Shown: positions 11,341-24,024 of the stretch, piece after piece
How positions within the stretch are numbered: position 1 is the stretch's first letter
Layout of the letters: each line of letters opens with the position of its first letter
Assembly (NCBI GenBank): GCA_054600435.1
Contig: BAAIJX010000034.1
Span: 186,001 to 247,503 of the forward strand
DNA length: 61,503 bases
From: Neophaeotheca triangularis
Lineage: Eukaryota
Reading direction: 5' to 3'
Made by a program: the position numbers and the translations under genes
Notes under the pieces: generated by a model
Told to the model about the DNA's origin: nothing
Seen by the model: only the letters and a program-made list of their open reading frames with translations
Databases searched by the model: none

Positions 11341-11599
11341 CCATACTGGTATGATACCTAGTTAGGTACGTTTTATAGCCTCTTGAACCTCTTTTTGTTC
11401 TAATGCTTTTCCTTTGGAGATGTATAGCTAATCGCTAATGGCGGGTTTAGTCTTTTTGGGCTGTTATGTACGTACTTTCTCTTTTTCCTTTGTTTTTCTT
11501 TCTTTTTTCTTAGGCGTTCTTTCGAGGAGAGCTATTCTCGTGGTGAAGTCATTGTAGTTTGGCAATTCAAAAAGCTATTCTCGCCGTCAAGTTATAATA

Positions 11600-12427
11600 A
11601 CTACCGGAGCGCGCACACATCATTATCCCGGCTAGTGAAAGAGCATGGTTTGGTAGCAATGTAATGACTCAATACGCTCCAAACCAACTGGGTCGGGACG
11701 CCTTGGACTCGGAATACAATGCTATCCTACTCCGGGAAGACGTGCACACACTGTGGGACAGGCTGCATTTCAGCATCGTGCTCAAAGGCGGCAACCAAAG
11801 CGGAGGAGGAATTGACTGGAACCTGGCCGTGCACGTGCACGACTATGTCTCGGTTAGCGTGCATCAAAACTACCATAACACACTCCTGCACCAGGTCAAT
11901 GGTGTTTCTCCAGAATACCTCTTTGCTCGCTTTGCTTGGGATATCTTTCCGCACCTCTGTGGGTTCATGCGCGGTCAACAGGCCCGCTAGTTGGCGGTGC
12001 GGACCGAAGACGGGTCGGCGCAGTTCAGACAATTCACAGTACAAGAATGCGCTAGGATGTGTGAGGGTCAGGGGAGAGGCTGCAGTATTAGGTCGAGTCA
12101 AAGGCATAGAAGTGTTACAGGAGCTAAGTGTGCGGACGTTTTGGCCGAAAGGTCTGACTTAGGGGTCTCGGAACTTTCAGCAGAAGAATCGCAGCAGTCT
12201 GTGGAGGACGAATACAGGCAGTGAGAGGAACGAAGGGTATGAGGAGTATCGAGTCTTGCAAGAAGAGGGAGACGAGGATAGGGAGGGGGGTAAGAAACGA
12301 ACGAGAGGAGTGCTGTGAGACTCGACGAGAGGAGATTTCCTTAGAAGAGATAGCAGAGATCGTGGAGCGAGAGGAGCGGCGTGCGAAGCGTATGAGAGAA
12401 TGGGACGGGCTAGCGGAAGGCGAGTAG
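11600..12427 (+). pseudogene. Fungal HNH (HNH_2-type) endonuclease-domain gene relic
   Basis: ERAHIIIPASERAWFGSNVM..NAILLREDVHTLWDRLHFSIV..AVHVH..YHNTLL..GVSPEYLFARFAWDIF. In-frame TAG at 11988-11990, later frame breaks, no intact 5' end. Confidence 0.75.
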
Positions 12428-13175
12428 GAAGTCAGAAAAGGGAAAGCCCTTGGGCAGGAAGCGCTGCCTGGCTGGGCATTTTCCCGACGAAGTTTTGTAG
12501 ACGAGGACGTCGGAAGAGGCCGCAAAAGGCTGCGTAGTCAGTGCTAGGTATAACTGTTCCATGCTTATAGCAACAATGGAGCAGTTGATGTCGCATTTTC
12601 GTGCGCCAACTCCGGGCTACTAAGCTTACGGGTATCCTCATACTAGATAATCATGACCGCGCCTGAGGCATAGATGGTGCCTTTTTTATCTTTTGTCTTC
12701 ACCCCGTAATGGTCTTGTAATAATGGAAATGGAAGTCTCGCCATCCATGTTTATATTATTACTAATATTATATGAATCGAAAGGGGTCTAGCTGCTCTGT
12801 CCCAAGCTCTTACCCCGGCGGCCGGTCCCTTGCTGTGCTTGCGGCTTGCGGCTTGCGGCTTCACAAGCGAACCAGCACGTGCTTGCGACTTCACCCAAAC
12901 CTCACTCACCCGCTTGTCACCTACCTACCTGTCACCAAACCCGTGCCGCAGCGCAAGCAAGCAATCCATTGGAAGCAAGCAATCAGTCGACGACCAACAC
13001 CGCCGACGACCTCCTTCACACCTCGCAGCTCTATTGATCAGCAGCTACACCCATACCCCCCGACCAATGATAGCGCATCCGTCCCTACACTCGATACCAC
13101 GATAGCCACACGGCACCCGCGCCCATGCCCACGCCCTAAACCGAAGCATCTCCGCCGACCTGCCTCGTCGTCAAC

Positions 13176-15195
13176 ATGACTTTCTGCACCAACTTCTTCG
13201 CCAGCTGCTGCGGCAGTAGAAAGACCGCAGATGACCAGACCGTATTGGCGGATACTGAGCGCGAGGCAGTGGCCGACCTGCTCAACTATCTGGAAAATGT
13301 AATTCTCTCCCACCGCGATTGCCTCCTCAAGGACTCTTTGCACCAGCTTCGCCTGACCTACTTCGCCGCCAACGTCTATCATGATGACATCCTTGCTAAC
13401 AGACGTCAACCACAGAGAGCTGAAACCGACTTCTTCTCAGGCGACCCCCTGAATGCGCTGAGCACGCTCGTATACAGCCAGAACATTGATTTGCAGAGGA
13501 GTGCCAGTTTGACGTTTGCCGAAATCACTGAAAGGGGTATGTTCAGGACTACAGTATAATATAGGCGGGGGAAAACGCGTGCTGACTTCTCGCTGTAGAT
13601 GTGCGACCCGTCGATCGCCCCACCCTCGAACCCATCCTTTTCCTCTTGGAAAGTGCGGATATAGAAGTGCAGAGAGCCGCATCAGCTGCTCTGGGTAACC
13701 TCGCAGTGGATGGTGAGTCTGATCCCAACGTTCTACTCTACTCAGACAGTGCGCTAACACTCTTGCAGCACAAAACAAAGTCCTCATAGTCTCCCTTGGC
13801 GGCCTCCAACCCCTCATTCGTCAAATGAATTCATCCAACGTCGAAGTCCAATGCAACGCTGTAGGCTGCATCACCAACCTTGCAACCCACGAAGAGAACA
13901 AAGCACGCATCGCCCGCTCAGGCGCGCTTGCGCCTTTGACAAAACTAGCAAAGAGCAAGGACATGCGCGTGCAAAGAAATGCAACAGGTGCGCTTTTGAA
14001 CATGACACATTCCGATGACAACAGACAACAACTGGTTGCGGCTGGAGCTATACCCGTTCTAGTGAGCCTTCTTAGCAGCCAGGATACCGATGTGCAGTAT
14101 TACTGCACCACAGCCCTCAGCAATATCGCGGTGGACTCTTCCAACCGAAAGAGACTGGCGCAGAGCGAGACGAAGCTCGTCCAGAGTTTGGTGGCGCTCA
14201 TGAAAGGGCAGGCACCGAAAGTACAGTGCCAGGCTGCTCTTGCTTTGCGCAATCTTGCAAGCGATGAGAAGTATCAACTAGAGATCGTTCGCGCTGGGGG
14301 CCTGCCTCCTCTCCTTGAGCTGTTGAAGTCATCTTACCTACCTCTCATACTCTCGGCCGTGGCTTGCATCCGCAACATCTCGATCCATCCAATGAATGAG
14401 TCTCCAATCATTGACGCCGGGTTCCTGAAACCGCTTGTCGACCTACTCGGATCTACAGACAACGAAGAAATCCAATGTCACGCCATCTCCACCCTCCGAA
14501 ACCTAGCAGCGAGCTCGGATCGCAACAAGCAACTGGTACTCGAAGCGGGCGCAGTGCAAAAATGCAAAGAGCTCGTGCTTCAAGTACCACTAAGCGTGCA
14601 ATCAGAAATGACCGCCGCCATCGCCGTCCTCGCACTCTCCGACGACCTGAAACCTCACCTCCTTCGCCTTGGTGTCTTCGACTGTCTCATTCCCCTCACC
14701 GAGAGCGAGAGCATCGAAGTCCAAGGCAACAGCGCCGCCGCTCTGGGCAATCTCAGCAGTAAAGGTACGTTTCCTCAAACTTCATCACCCCCGTAATTCA
14801 TGCTGATGCTACCTTTCACAGTACGCGACTACACCCTCTTCCTGTCCAGCTGGGACGCCCCCTCCGGCGGCATCCACGGCTATCTCAACCGCTTCCTCGC
14901 TTCCGGCGACCCGACGTTCCAGCACATCGCCATCTGGACGCTCCTCCAACTGCTCGAATCCGGCAACGATGCCTTACTTGCGACCATCAACCGCTCCGAG
15001 GATGTTATGAAAATGGTCAGCGAAATCAGCGAAAAGGATGTTCAAGATGAAGGGAGTGATGTCGAGGGGAGTGAGGATGGGGAGGCGGAGGTTGTGGCGT
15101 TGGCGAAGAGGTGTCTGGAGATTGGAGAGGGGAGTGGAGGGAATGCCGGGAGGAGTGAGGGTGGTGCTCCTGCTGCGAATGCGAGCTCGGGTTAG
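13176..15195 (+). CDS. VAC8: Vacuolar armadillo-repeat protein Vac8; exons 13176-13298, 13416-13536, 13599-13712, 13769-14764, 14822-15195
   Basis: [64 protein letters not shown] and further ARM repeats; four GT-AG introns with CTRAY branch sites keep the frame. Confidence 0.96.
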
Positions 15196-15998
15196 GTGGC
15201 TGAGAGGCGCGATAGCGGGTTTGGGGGAGATGTGAGGGGCTTTTGAGATACTAAGAGCTCTGCAAGATGGCACGACATGGGGAGAGTCATGGTGGCAGTG
15301 GATGGTGGCGGATATTATTCCCCTCTTACTTTTTTCTGTTGTTGTTACATTACATGCGAAGGCGTTCTGAGGCGTCTGACCGAGAGCGTTTCTTTGGTTT
15401 AGACTCTAGCGAAGAGGGGGTTTTTTTAATCGAAGCGGGCATGCGTTTGAGCGAGGCTATGGAGAGTTCTTAGAGTAGTATGCATGCTTGTTGATGAGGA
15501 GTTTGTATACCTTGTATTCTCGATTCCAAACTTGTCATACCTTCGTACCTTCCAATTGATATGTAGGTAGGTAGGTACTAGTATTGAAAGAGGGCTGCCA
15601 GTTGGTATTAGGTTCAGGTATGCCCCTCAGGCCCTACCTTACTCTCCGGTCCACGCCCACGGTTGGGTTTTAAGCTTAAATTGTGTAAGATTTGAAGGCG
15701 GAAGCTACGGAAACGGCCAACAACAACGGCGTACTTGGCACGATCAACAACAACCCAAGGTACCTCACCTCCTCCTTTTGCGAAGCTGAGAACCTTAAGA
15801 GACGATTGCAGACGACGACCCACGCTCCTTTTCCGCGACGCTTTTAAACATATCGCAGCTTCATTCTACCTAACACTGTAACTGGACCATCTCCCACCGC
15901 AGCATCTTCGCTTCGCAGCCGGCATTAGGAAAAGATTTTTTTTCCCTTCACGACAGAAAGAGCTGGTTTTATAGGGGCAGTCTTCGAGAATAAGCAAT

Positions 15999-17606
15999 AT
16001 GGCTGGCGACGACTTCCCTCCGCTGGCTTCGCCGCATGCCTACACGAAACGCACAACCAGTTCCACCAGTCTGGGTGGGCCCAACACCATGCGCCGGCGA
16101 AAAAGTAGTACTTTGGGCGAAATGAGAGGTGATACTGGTGCGGGTTCTTTGGCGACGCTGAATAGCTCGGATGTTTCTCCGCCCGTTAGTGTATGTGGTA
16201 TACATTTGAGAGAAGCAGCCGTATGATATGACATGGCATACGGTGCTGACAACCTTCTAGAGAACACCAACCCCGGGGAACAGCAAAGAACGGCGCTCCA
16301 AACGTAGACGCGCCAAAAACCTCTTCAACCGCTGGAAGCGCTACAGCCTCAAACACACCTGGGTGACCCCACTAGTCCTGGTCCTGCTCATCCTCGCTGC
16401 TTATTACATCTCCCCGGGCGAGCACAACCCCCTACACAGCGCCATCTTCCTTTCCTACGCCAACCCCTCGCTGGCCGAACAAACGTCCACCCTTCCCGCC
16501 TCCCTAGGTCCCGTAACCCAATACGGCAAAGGCGGCCGCGACTTCGCCTTCATCGCCTTTTACACCATCGTCCTCTCCTTCACCCGAGAGTTCGCCATGC
16601 AACGCCTGATCCGCCCGCTGGCCCTGCGCTGGCGCATCCGCAACCGCACCAAACAAGCCCGCTTCATGGAGCAGTTCTACACGGCCCTCTACTTCGTCAT
16701 CTTCGGCCCTTTCGGCCTGTACGTCATGTCACGCACACCGGTTTGGTACTTCAACACGGCGGGCATGTACGCGGGCTTCCCGCACAGAGCGCACGAGGGG
16801 TTGTTCAAGGCTTATTACTTGCTGCAGGCGAGCTACTGGGCGCAGCAGGGCTTGGTGCTGCTGCTGCAGTTGGAGAAACCGCGAAAAGACCATAAAGAGC
16901 TGATGTTGCACCATGTCGTCACGCTGGCGCTGATTTGGTGTAGCTACCGTTTCCACTTCACTTATATGGGGATCCCTGTCTTTGTCGCGCACGACATTAG
17001 CGACTTCTTCCTAGCCGTGAGTCCTGGGCCCTCCCAAACAAACCAAACTCCAAGCCAATGCTGAACTAACATCCTCCCTTCCCCCGTATCTAGACCTCCA
17101 AAGTCCTCAACTACATTGACCACCCCCTAGTCGCGCCCTACTTCGCCTCCTTCGCCCTTGTCTGGGCCTACTTACGCCACTATCAATGCCTACGCATCCT
17201 CCTCTCCATTACCAACGAATTCGCCACCGTCGGCAGTTTTACGCTCAACTGGGAAACCCAACAGTACAAGTGCTGGATCAGCCAGTACATAACTTTCGCT
17301 CTTTTGGCAGTCTTACAGCTCGTGAATCTCTTTTGGTTTTTCTTGATCTTGAGGATTGGATGGCGGTTTTTGAGGGCTAGTGAGCTGGCGGATGAGCGCA
17401 GTGAGTATGAGGAGGATACGGCCGAGGAGACTGGAGGTGTTGGGGTTGAGGCCAAGGAGGGGCTGGAGAAGGTTGATGGGGGCGTTGTGCCTGGGGGCAA
17501 GGAGGTTGAGGGCGGTATGCCGAGTTTGAGGGTTAATGGGGTTGTTGTTACGGAGGGGGAGGGGGGTGAGGTGGACGAGCAGGGGCAGGGGGTGAGGAAG
17601 AGGTAG
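15999..17606 (+). CDS. LAC1: Ceramide synthase (sphingosine N-acyltransferase), LAG1/LAC1 family; exons 15999-16184, 16261-17016, 17094-17606
   Basis: ARFMEQ, Lag1 motif RKDHKELMLHHVVTLALI..HFTYMG..HDISDFFLATSK, YLRHY, and acidic DERSEYEED tail; introns are canonical and in phase. Confidence 0.92.
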
Positions 17607-17788
17607 TGTGGGGGATTTTCGCTGTTGGCTTTCTCCCGGATGGTTTGAGGGGGCTGCGTTTGCTGCGTTTTGAGCGTGGGGCGTTTTTTTTTTCCATACG
17701 GTCAGGAGATGGCCTGGTAGCGTCTGGTTCGGGGACGCTGCTGCTGGTCTACTGGAGGGGTTCGCAGATGGGTAGGCTGGTAGGTATA

Positions 17789-18384
17789 CAGTACTAGTCG
17801 CAAAGTCTATGACCGTGCACCCGCGTTGTTTTAAACGCGCTTCAACCTTTGAACTTCATCGTAGTACTATTGATGCTACGACAACTTCTACTAGCTTAGA
17901 TTGATGCCCCTAATAATAGGGGCTATGAACTATCTACTAAGAAAAAGTCTAAGATATTTAATCGGTATTTAGTAGGGTGACGCGTAAACCAAATTTCGCG
18001 GTCCCTAGAGCTCCTACGTTCGATATCTACGAACTCCGGCCTAACTTTAACAAGAACGCGGGGTCGAGAATTAACGATAACTTGAAGCTCTAGAAGAGGT
18101 ATTACCAGAGGCATAGAGCCCAATCCTAGATTCTACCGTAAAAGCAGTAGTTAAAAGTATGCTAAGGCGGATTTAGGTAGTCATCGACGTAGACACTAGT
18201 TAGCAAACGAGATACTAGGGTTACTTTGTATATACCAATTCAATCCCTACGGTCTAGCTTTGCACTAAATCAATTTACAAATCGTTTAAATCAATATTGA
18301 TAAAGTTATAAGGCTTCAAGGAACAGGGGTCATTCTTAAGTTTTGCTAAGAATAGCGACCGGTCAGACTTCGCGACACGCAGTG
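17789..18384 (+). mobile_element. Internally deleted, RIPed Tc1/mariner-like element
   Basis: TA followed by CAGTACTAGTCGCAAAGTCTATGACCG (17789-17815) has an imperfect inverted copy CGGTCAGACTTCGCGACACGCAGTG (18360-18384). The interior reads YELSTKKKSKIFNRYLVG*RVNQISRSLEL (Tc1 HTH-like) and is TpA-rich. Confidence 0.5.
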
Positions 18385-18445
18385 CCCGGCTGTCCCAGAG
18401 TTTTAATCATTATATTTTATTTTTCGTCGATTCTGCCACCACACA

Positions 18446-18543
18446 GGCGTTGTAGCAAAGTGGTCTAATGCGTCTGACTCGAATGGACTTCCATCAGACA
18501 TCAGATCCCTTCGGGGGCGTAGGTTCGAGTCCTGCCAACGTCG
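18446..18543 (+). tRNA. tRNA-Ser(CGA) with 16-nt intron (18484-18499)
   Basis: Acceptor stem GGCGTTG/CAACGTC, A-box TAGCAAAGTGG, anticodon stem TCTGA/TCAGA with loop CT-CGA-A, long variable arm, GGTTCGAGTCC B-box, oligo-T terminator ~10 nt downstream. Confidence 0.95.
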
Positions 18544-18689
18544 CGCTTGCGATTTTTTTGCCAAGTGGTTCAGGGGTCGATTTTGCACTTTTCTTTTTGT
18601 CTTGTTATTTGCCTGAGCTCTATCGGGTAGTACCTCGGCGGGTAAGAAAGTCTGTACATCTTGGCATAGCTTCAGCAATGGTATAGTAT

Positions 18690-19295
18690 TTTGATAAGGT
18701 GTTATGCAGTCAATTTATAAGCTATCTTTATATCTATTGCTATAGGGTAGTTGTAAGTGCTTTAATCTATATACTAGGCCTTTATAGTAGCTTATTAAGA
18801 CCTTCTAAGGAACTGTATTGTTAAATGTTTCTAATCTCTACTATACTCTCCTTATCTCCGCTTCTACCTCTTACTATGTTACTCTCATTATATTACTTAT
18901 AGTAAAGCGATATTACTTAAATTCCTTCTTCTACTCTTTATAAAGGTACTTAATAGGGTAGAGGTTGTATAAGTCAGCTAGCTAGTTTATAAGTTCAATG
19001 CCTTATTACTTACTAATCTTAGGTTAGATTAGTACTCTAGCCTTGTAGTGTAGTAACACGTTGTCTTTAGTAATGAGTACCCTCTTAGCTAGATTTAGAG
19101 CTTATAGTTGCTAGATATAGGGGAATAAGAGGTCCTAGTAGATCTTAAAGGTATAGAAGATTAAATCTAGTCTAAGGTGGTCTAATTAGCCCGTATTATA
19201 GGCTTATGTTTAAAGACCCTTTATAGCGTAAGTAGGTGTTTTTTATGCCTAGACTTAGCCACCACAAGGCAGATAGACTCCCAGCCTCGTCTAGT
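18690..19295. other. AT/TpA-rich RIP-degraded tract of unidentified origin
   Basis: Strong TA/TAG/CTA enrichment and CA/TG depletion by eye; no ORFs. Confidence 0.7.
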
Positions 19296-19793
19296 TAGCA
19301 CTTGAGAGCCTTTGCGGCGGCACCTCGCTCGAGGTTGGCTTTAATCACGACTGGACATCGCCGGGAACTTCCTGAAGGCTGTAGGCACCGGTCAAGGTAC
19401 ACCGTATAATGAATTCGTATCGCCTTACGGAGGCACCTGCCGCTTTCATCTCTTCCCTCGCGCTTTTGAGAGCAGCTCGTGTCCCGTAACCAGGACTTAG
19501 GAATTGTTTGTCGAATGGGAAAAAGAAGCTTATCAGAAATCGTTTTTGCCTTGGTGCAGGGGATTGCCTCACGTTGTCGAAACAGACCACACGTCCTAGG
19601 CATAGTGGTTTAAAGAGCGAGCACAATAATTCTTGCGATTCAACGAGGCTTCTCTTGGTTTCGACATTTGTCGGCAGCAAACTTGGAACGCGAGACAAAG
19701 ACCTGGTACTAACATAGCGGAGAATCAGCGATGATAAGTTATTGAAACGTTCGCGCTTTACCGACCAAACCTCACAACACATCGCACACGACC

Positions 19794-22226
19794 ATGGGCC
19801 TCAAACGCAAAGCGTCTGAGGACACTGCGGCGGATGCTGACCAGACAGAGAAGAAGACCAAGCAAACCGACAACGACAATGAGATAGAGCGCATCTATCA
19901 GCTGGGAAAGGCCTGGAGTATTGCGAACGAAGCGCAGAGGGATCCAAACGCGAAAGGCAGGGGTGGCAATGACGCTTCCAAAAGGGCTCGAGACCAGATT
20001 TGGGAAGAGACGCTCGCCCAGCATCTTGCGCGAGCACCTCCATTTCTTGATGCGTTGCAAAAGACCTCCGATTTCCGCTTCTTCCAGATTGGTTTGAAGT
20101 TTGTCGCCAGCGTGCATCTCCCGGGCAGGTGGGTTGATTACAAGAATTGGGGGGTAAGTTAACCTTGAATTGAGAATCAGAAAATCCTTTATCTGACAGT
20201 TCGAAGTCTTGGAACACTGGCTGGTGGAAGAAGCACCGCACTACTCGTTCTGACAGGGTGTTGAACCGAGCTATCGAGATCGTGGAAGGCAGCATCGAGG
20301 TTGACCCCATCTCAATGAACAAGACCTTCGTGGAAGCCCCTTTAGACACGAAAGAAGCGCACCAGATGAGAGTGCACACGTTCCAGTATCAGAGGTTGCG
20401 CAAGGATATGGTAGGAGTTATTCAAGCGGCTGATCAACATCAATATCTCTTGCTCAAGGGTATGACGAGGGAGCAGCTTACCGCGGGTGAAATGTCAGAG
20501 CTTACCCAGCTGGAGGACACCAAAACCGAGCTTCGCAGCACCCTTCGTTCATGCACAGTAGAGGGCGCCGGCCGTGCCATCATAGACGAACTGCTCATGG
20601 CGAGCGGAGCGTCTATGCCGTCTTTTCTCTTGAGTACGACGACTTCGCTGGGGGGTAGTGGGGCTCAGGAAGAGAGGAGTGAGCCTGCACTGTCGACGCC
20701 TGCCGCAGGCCCCTCCAAAACCCAACCAAAACTTGAACTTCCGTCTTTCAACGAAGACTCAAGCCACGACGACGACATGTTACTCAAGGGTGATGCCGTT
20801 TCACCGCAGCATCGTGGAGCGCAGCCAGCGGCGAAGGAAGAACAAGGACCTTCGAATGTCGACGACAGCATGACGAACGAAAATAAAATTGCCAAAATCA
20901 ATGCCGACTCGCCTTTCAAGATTCACATGTACGAACCAGAGCAGGCCAATCTTCCAGAAGTTGTGAGAATCGTCACACCGGGTGAGAAAAGCGGCAGAGC
21001 GAAAAATATGGATCCAAAGAAGCCTTCACCGGAGCTCAAGCGCCCAGATGAGCTCGGGACACTAGACCGCGCAGTGACAAAGGCTCTGCAAGAGAGCGGA
21101 AACGACGTCGACGAGACACGATTCAAGAGGAACTTCCAAACATTTGGTGGGATTGAGAACCGTCCTCAAGCTGCAGCCAATCCTACAAGCAAAGCTCGCT
21201 ACTGGATATCTCGGCGTGGAGACAACTTCCTCATGATGATCTACGACAATCTCTACCACATTAAAGCTCTCACGACAGACCTCGTGGATTTGCAGCTGCT
21301 GCGGGAAGAAGTCACCGACCTAGAAGTTAATGCATGTCTTCGACGCATGTGGGCTTTGGCTGCGCTCATGTATGGAGCAGTCTCGGAGGGAGCCGTTTGG
21401 TTGACAGTGATGGACGCTTTGCTTGAGGATTTGGCGGACCTTATCAAAGGTTCTGTCATACCGAAGCACAACACGGCGAGAATGCAAAACTTCGCCAGTT
21501 CCTGAGCCAAGGTCCTGGGCGCAACTCTCGCACTGAGCTTTCGTCAGAAGACATAGCTCGTCTCGAAAACGCCGACCGTGCACGAGGAATTTTTGGTGAG
21601 ATTGCTCGATTCTTCCGGGGTACCATCATGCTCGCATACTCTTGCACTTCCTGGGGAGGTTCCGGACGCGACAAGTACGCCGAGAATTGGTATCAAAACT
21701 TGGTCTGGTTTTCGGGGACATGTCACTTTCGCTCTTGCGGGGAGGCGCTGAAGATTCACGTGCTTCAAAACCCCGACAAGAAGTCGAAAGCAAAGGCGGA
21801 GGAAGAGCCAGAAGGTGACGAGGAGTCAGATGGTGACGGCGAGGAGCAAGATGAGTCGACTGCAGTTTCTTCCACCAAAGGCAAAAAGGGCGCTCATGGG
21901 TCGCGCAAGGATATCCGCGCAACCAGCAAATTCAACCTCACTGTGGCCGTGGAAGATTCCCGTGTTGGCTCGCGCGCTGAGAGGTAAGATGTTTCTGCGT
22001 CTTCCACGGCGGCCCCCAAAACTCACTGACATCCTTTAGGGAACACATCTCCACGAACCGCCCTGACACGTACTGGTGCCTCTACAACTTGCTTGCCACA
22101 ACACGCTGGCATTCTGGGTTCGGTCCGTTCTTCCTCTACTTCGCGCATCTCGAGCACTCGGTCTGCAAAGCCATGAGAGGGAAGGACACGTTCATCGCGT
22201 CGACCCTCCCGGAGAATGAGTCTTGA
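19794..22226 (+). CDS. Uncharacterised ~757-aa protein (gene A); exons 19794-20153, 20207-21497, 21548-21983, 22040-22226 (second intron weak, a frameshift is the alternative)
   Basis: Introns: GTAAGT..CTGAC..AAG (20154-20206), GTTCCT..CTGAG..CAG (21498-21547, non-consensus), GTAAGA..CTGAC..TAG (21984-22039). The spliced product aligns motif by motif with gene B. Confidence 0.65.
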
Positions 22227-24024
22227 TACTTCAGGGTCTTCTACACTGCAGCAGCGCCGAGATCTTCAGTTCAACTTCTTTCTGGTGCATTGGCGTCAAT
22301 TTCGGCTTGCGTTCTCCTTTCGATGTTTTGCATGGATTCAGCGGCACCCTTGTGCAACCACCTTCGCTTGTCAGCTGGACATCAACAGCGGGCCTCCTTG
22401 GACAAGTTGCTGGCTCCCTCGGCTTTGATGGCTCTAATCGCGCTTCGGTGATGGTCGGTGTCTTCGATGCGGTGTTTGGACCTTGTCAACTTGTCAAACC
22501 TCTTTGGATTGAATTTTTGTAAGGCTTTCGCCTTAGTACGGGCTCTTTCTCAAACTGCTCTCATACTTCTTTGGCCAGACTTGCGCGGGCCCTGTCTTAG
22601 ACAGAGCGCGGGCAGTTTGGTCACGGGAGGCCTTGAGATGTGGTGTGGGAAAGCTGCCTGTGCTTTCTGTACAACAGCTTGAAACTGATCAATGCAATCT
22701 TGCCATAAACAATTCGTTCCTTCTCACTTCCAGACCCTTTTATGCCTTGCATCGGATACTGAATTGGTAAGTAAGTACGCGGTGTCTTCGAGATCATCGG
22801 GTGTAGCGTTGGTCTGGACACTGACCCAGGCTCCCTGAAGGCCAACCTCATCAATGATGACTGTCGTGGCGAAGTATGGGTGCGAACGGCTTAGTCTTGC
22901 ACCATTGTCCATCTCGTCTACGCATGGTCCTAACCCTAGAGGAGTGTTGAAGGACCAAAGGGATATATTCTCGATGAAAGGCAGCTCTGTCTTGTCAGGG
23001 GGCTTCCATTGCCTTCGAACCTGCCCGCAATGAACGTCAAAGCGTCACCTTCTCGAGCTAGAGTATAGACGGAGTAAGCAGACTAGTAGATGAAGACAGA
23101 CGAACGGGAGTGTAATATGTTATGTACGTAAGACGAGGCGAAGACAATTTCAAGTTATTCGAAAAAGAACTATCTACTAGTTATAGAAAATAAGAAGAGA
23201 TGCATGTGTGCTGGTGCCTTAGGCATGAATTCCCTCTATCACATGTCCCCCCAACCCACAACATAGGTAACGTAGCAGAAAGTAACGTCATCTTATGTAT
23301 CTTGCCTTATACAATTTCTAGGTCAATATTACACTGTGCTTACTAAGATTGAATCGAGCGACGCCTTGCGGCTCACCTATTGAAAATACCTTTCCCTAAA
23401 GACGAAGCACGGGTAGTAAGGCTGGTATGCTACTGAATATTTCACTCGGATCTAGACGGTCCCTGGCCCCACGGTTGTTGCTCCAGCGTTCTCGCCAAAG
23501 ATCCAAGTTTTTGTGAAAGGGGACCTGCTCTGAGTCAGAAATGCTGTCAATGCATCCAAGAATGTTCATGAGTCGGGTTGAAATCGATTGAAAGCTATCT
23601 AGGGTTGCAACAAACTTCCTAGCAACAAAAGCAAGCCCGACGCAAAGTTCGGCCCTGAAGCAACAACGGTAATGGTCGTGGCGGCAGAAACACAGCCTGT
23701 CTTTCGACGAACCAGTCCGAAGCAAAGTTCGGCCTCAGAGGCATTGTTGGCCCCAAAAATTCAAGCAGAGAGACCGAGAAAAAGCCAAATCCGAAAATGA
23801 TGATCGTGGCAAAAACGAGCCATGATCAGGCGAGAGCAGAGACGTAAAACCTCGAGCGACAACGACCGAGAGCGAGACAGTAAGGCCAGGAGAATGAGAG
23901 GTCGAATGACAGATCGAATGACAGTCTCGACGAGAGCCCGAAAGACCGAAAGAACGAGAAGACGCTTTAGCAATGCGCTACAAACACTAGCATGGCGGTC
24001 CTCGTGTGTACTAGCAGGGCCGGT

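Noticed and set aside
22300..23050. Possible third gene between paralogues A and B
   Set aside because: Only short stop-interrupted minus-strand frames, with no recognisable motif or consistent splice model
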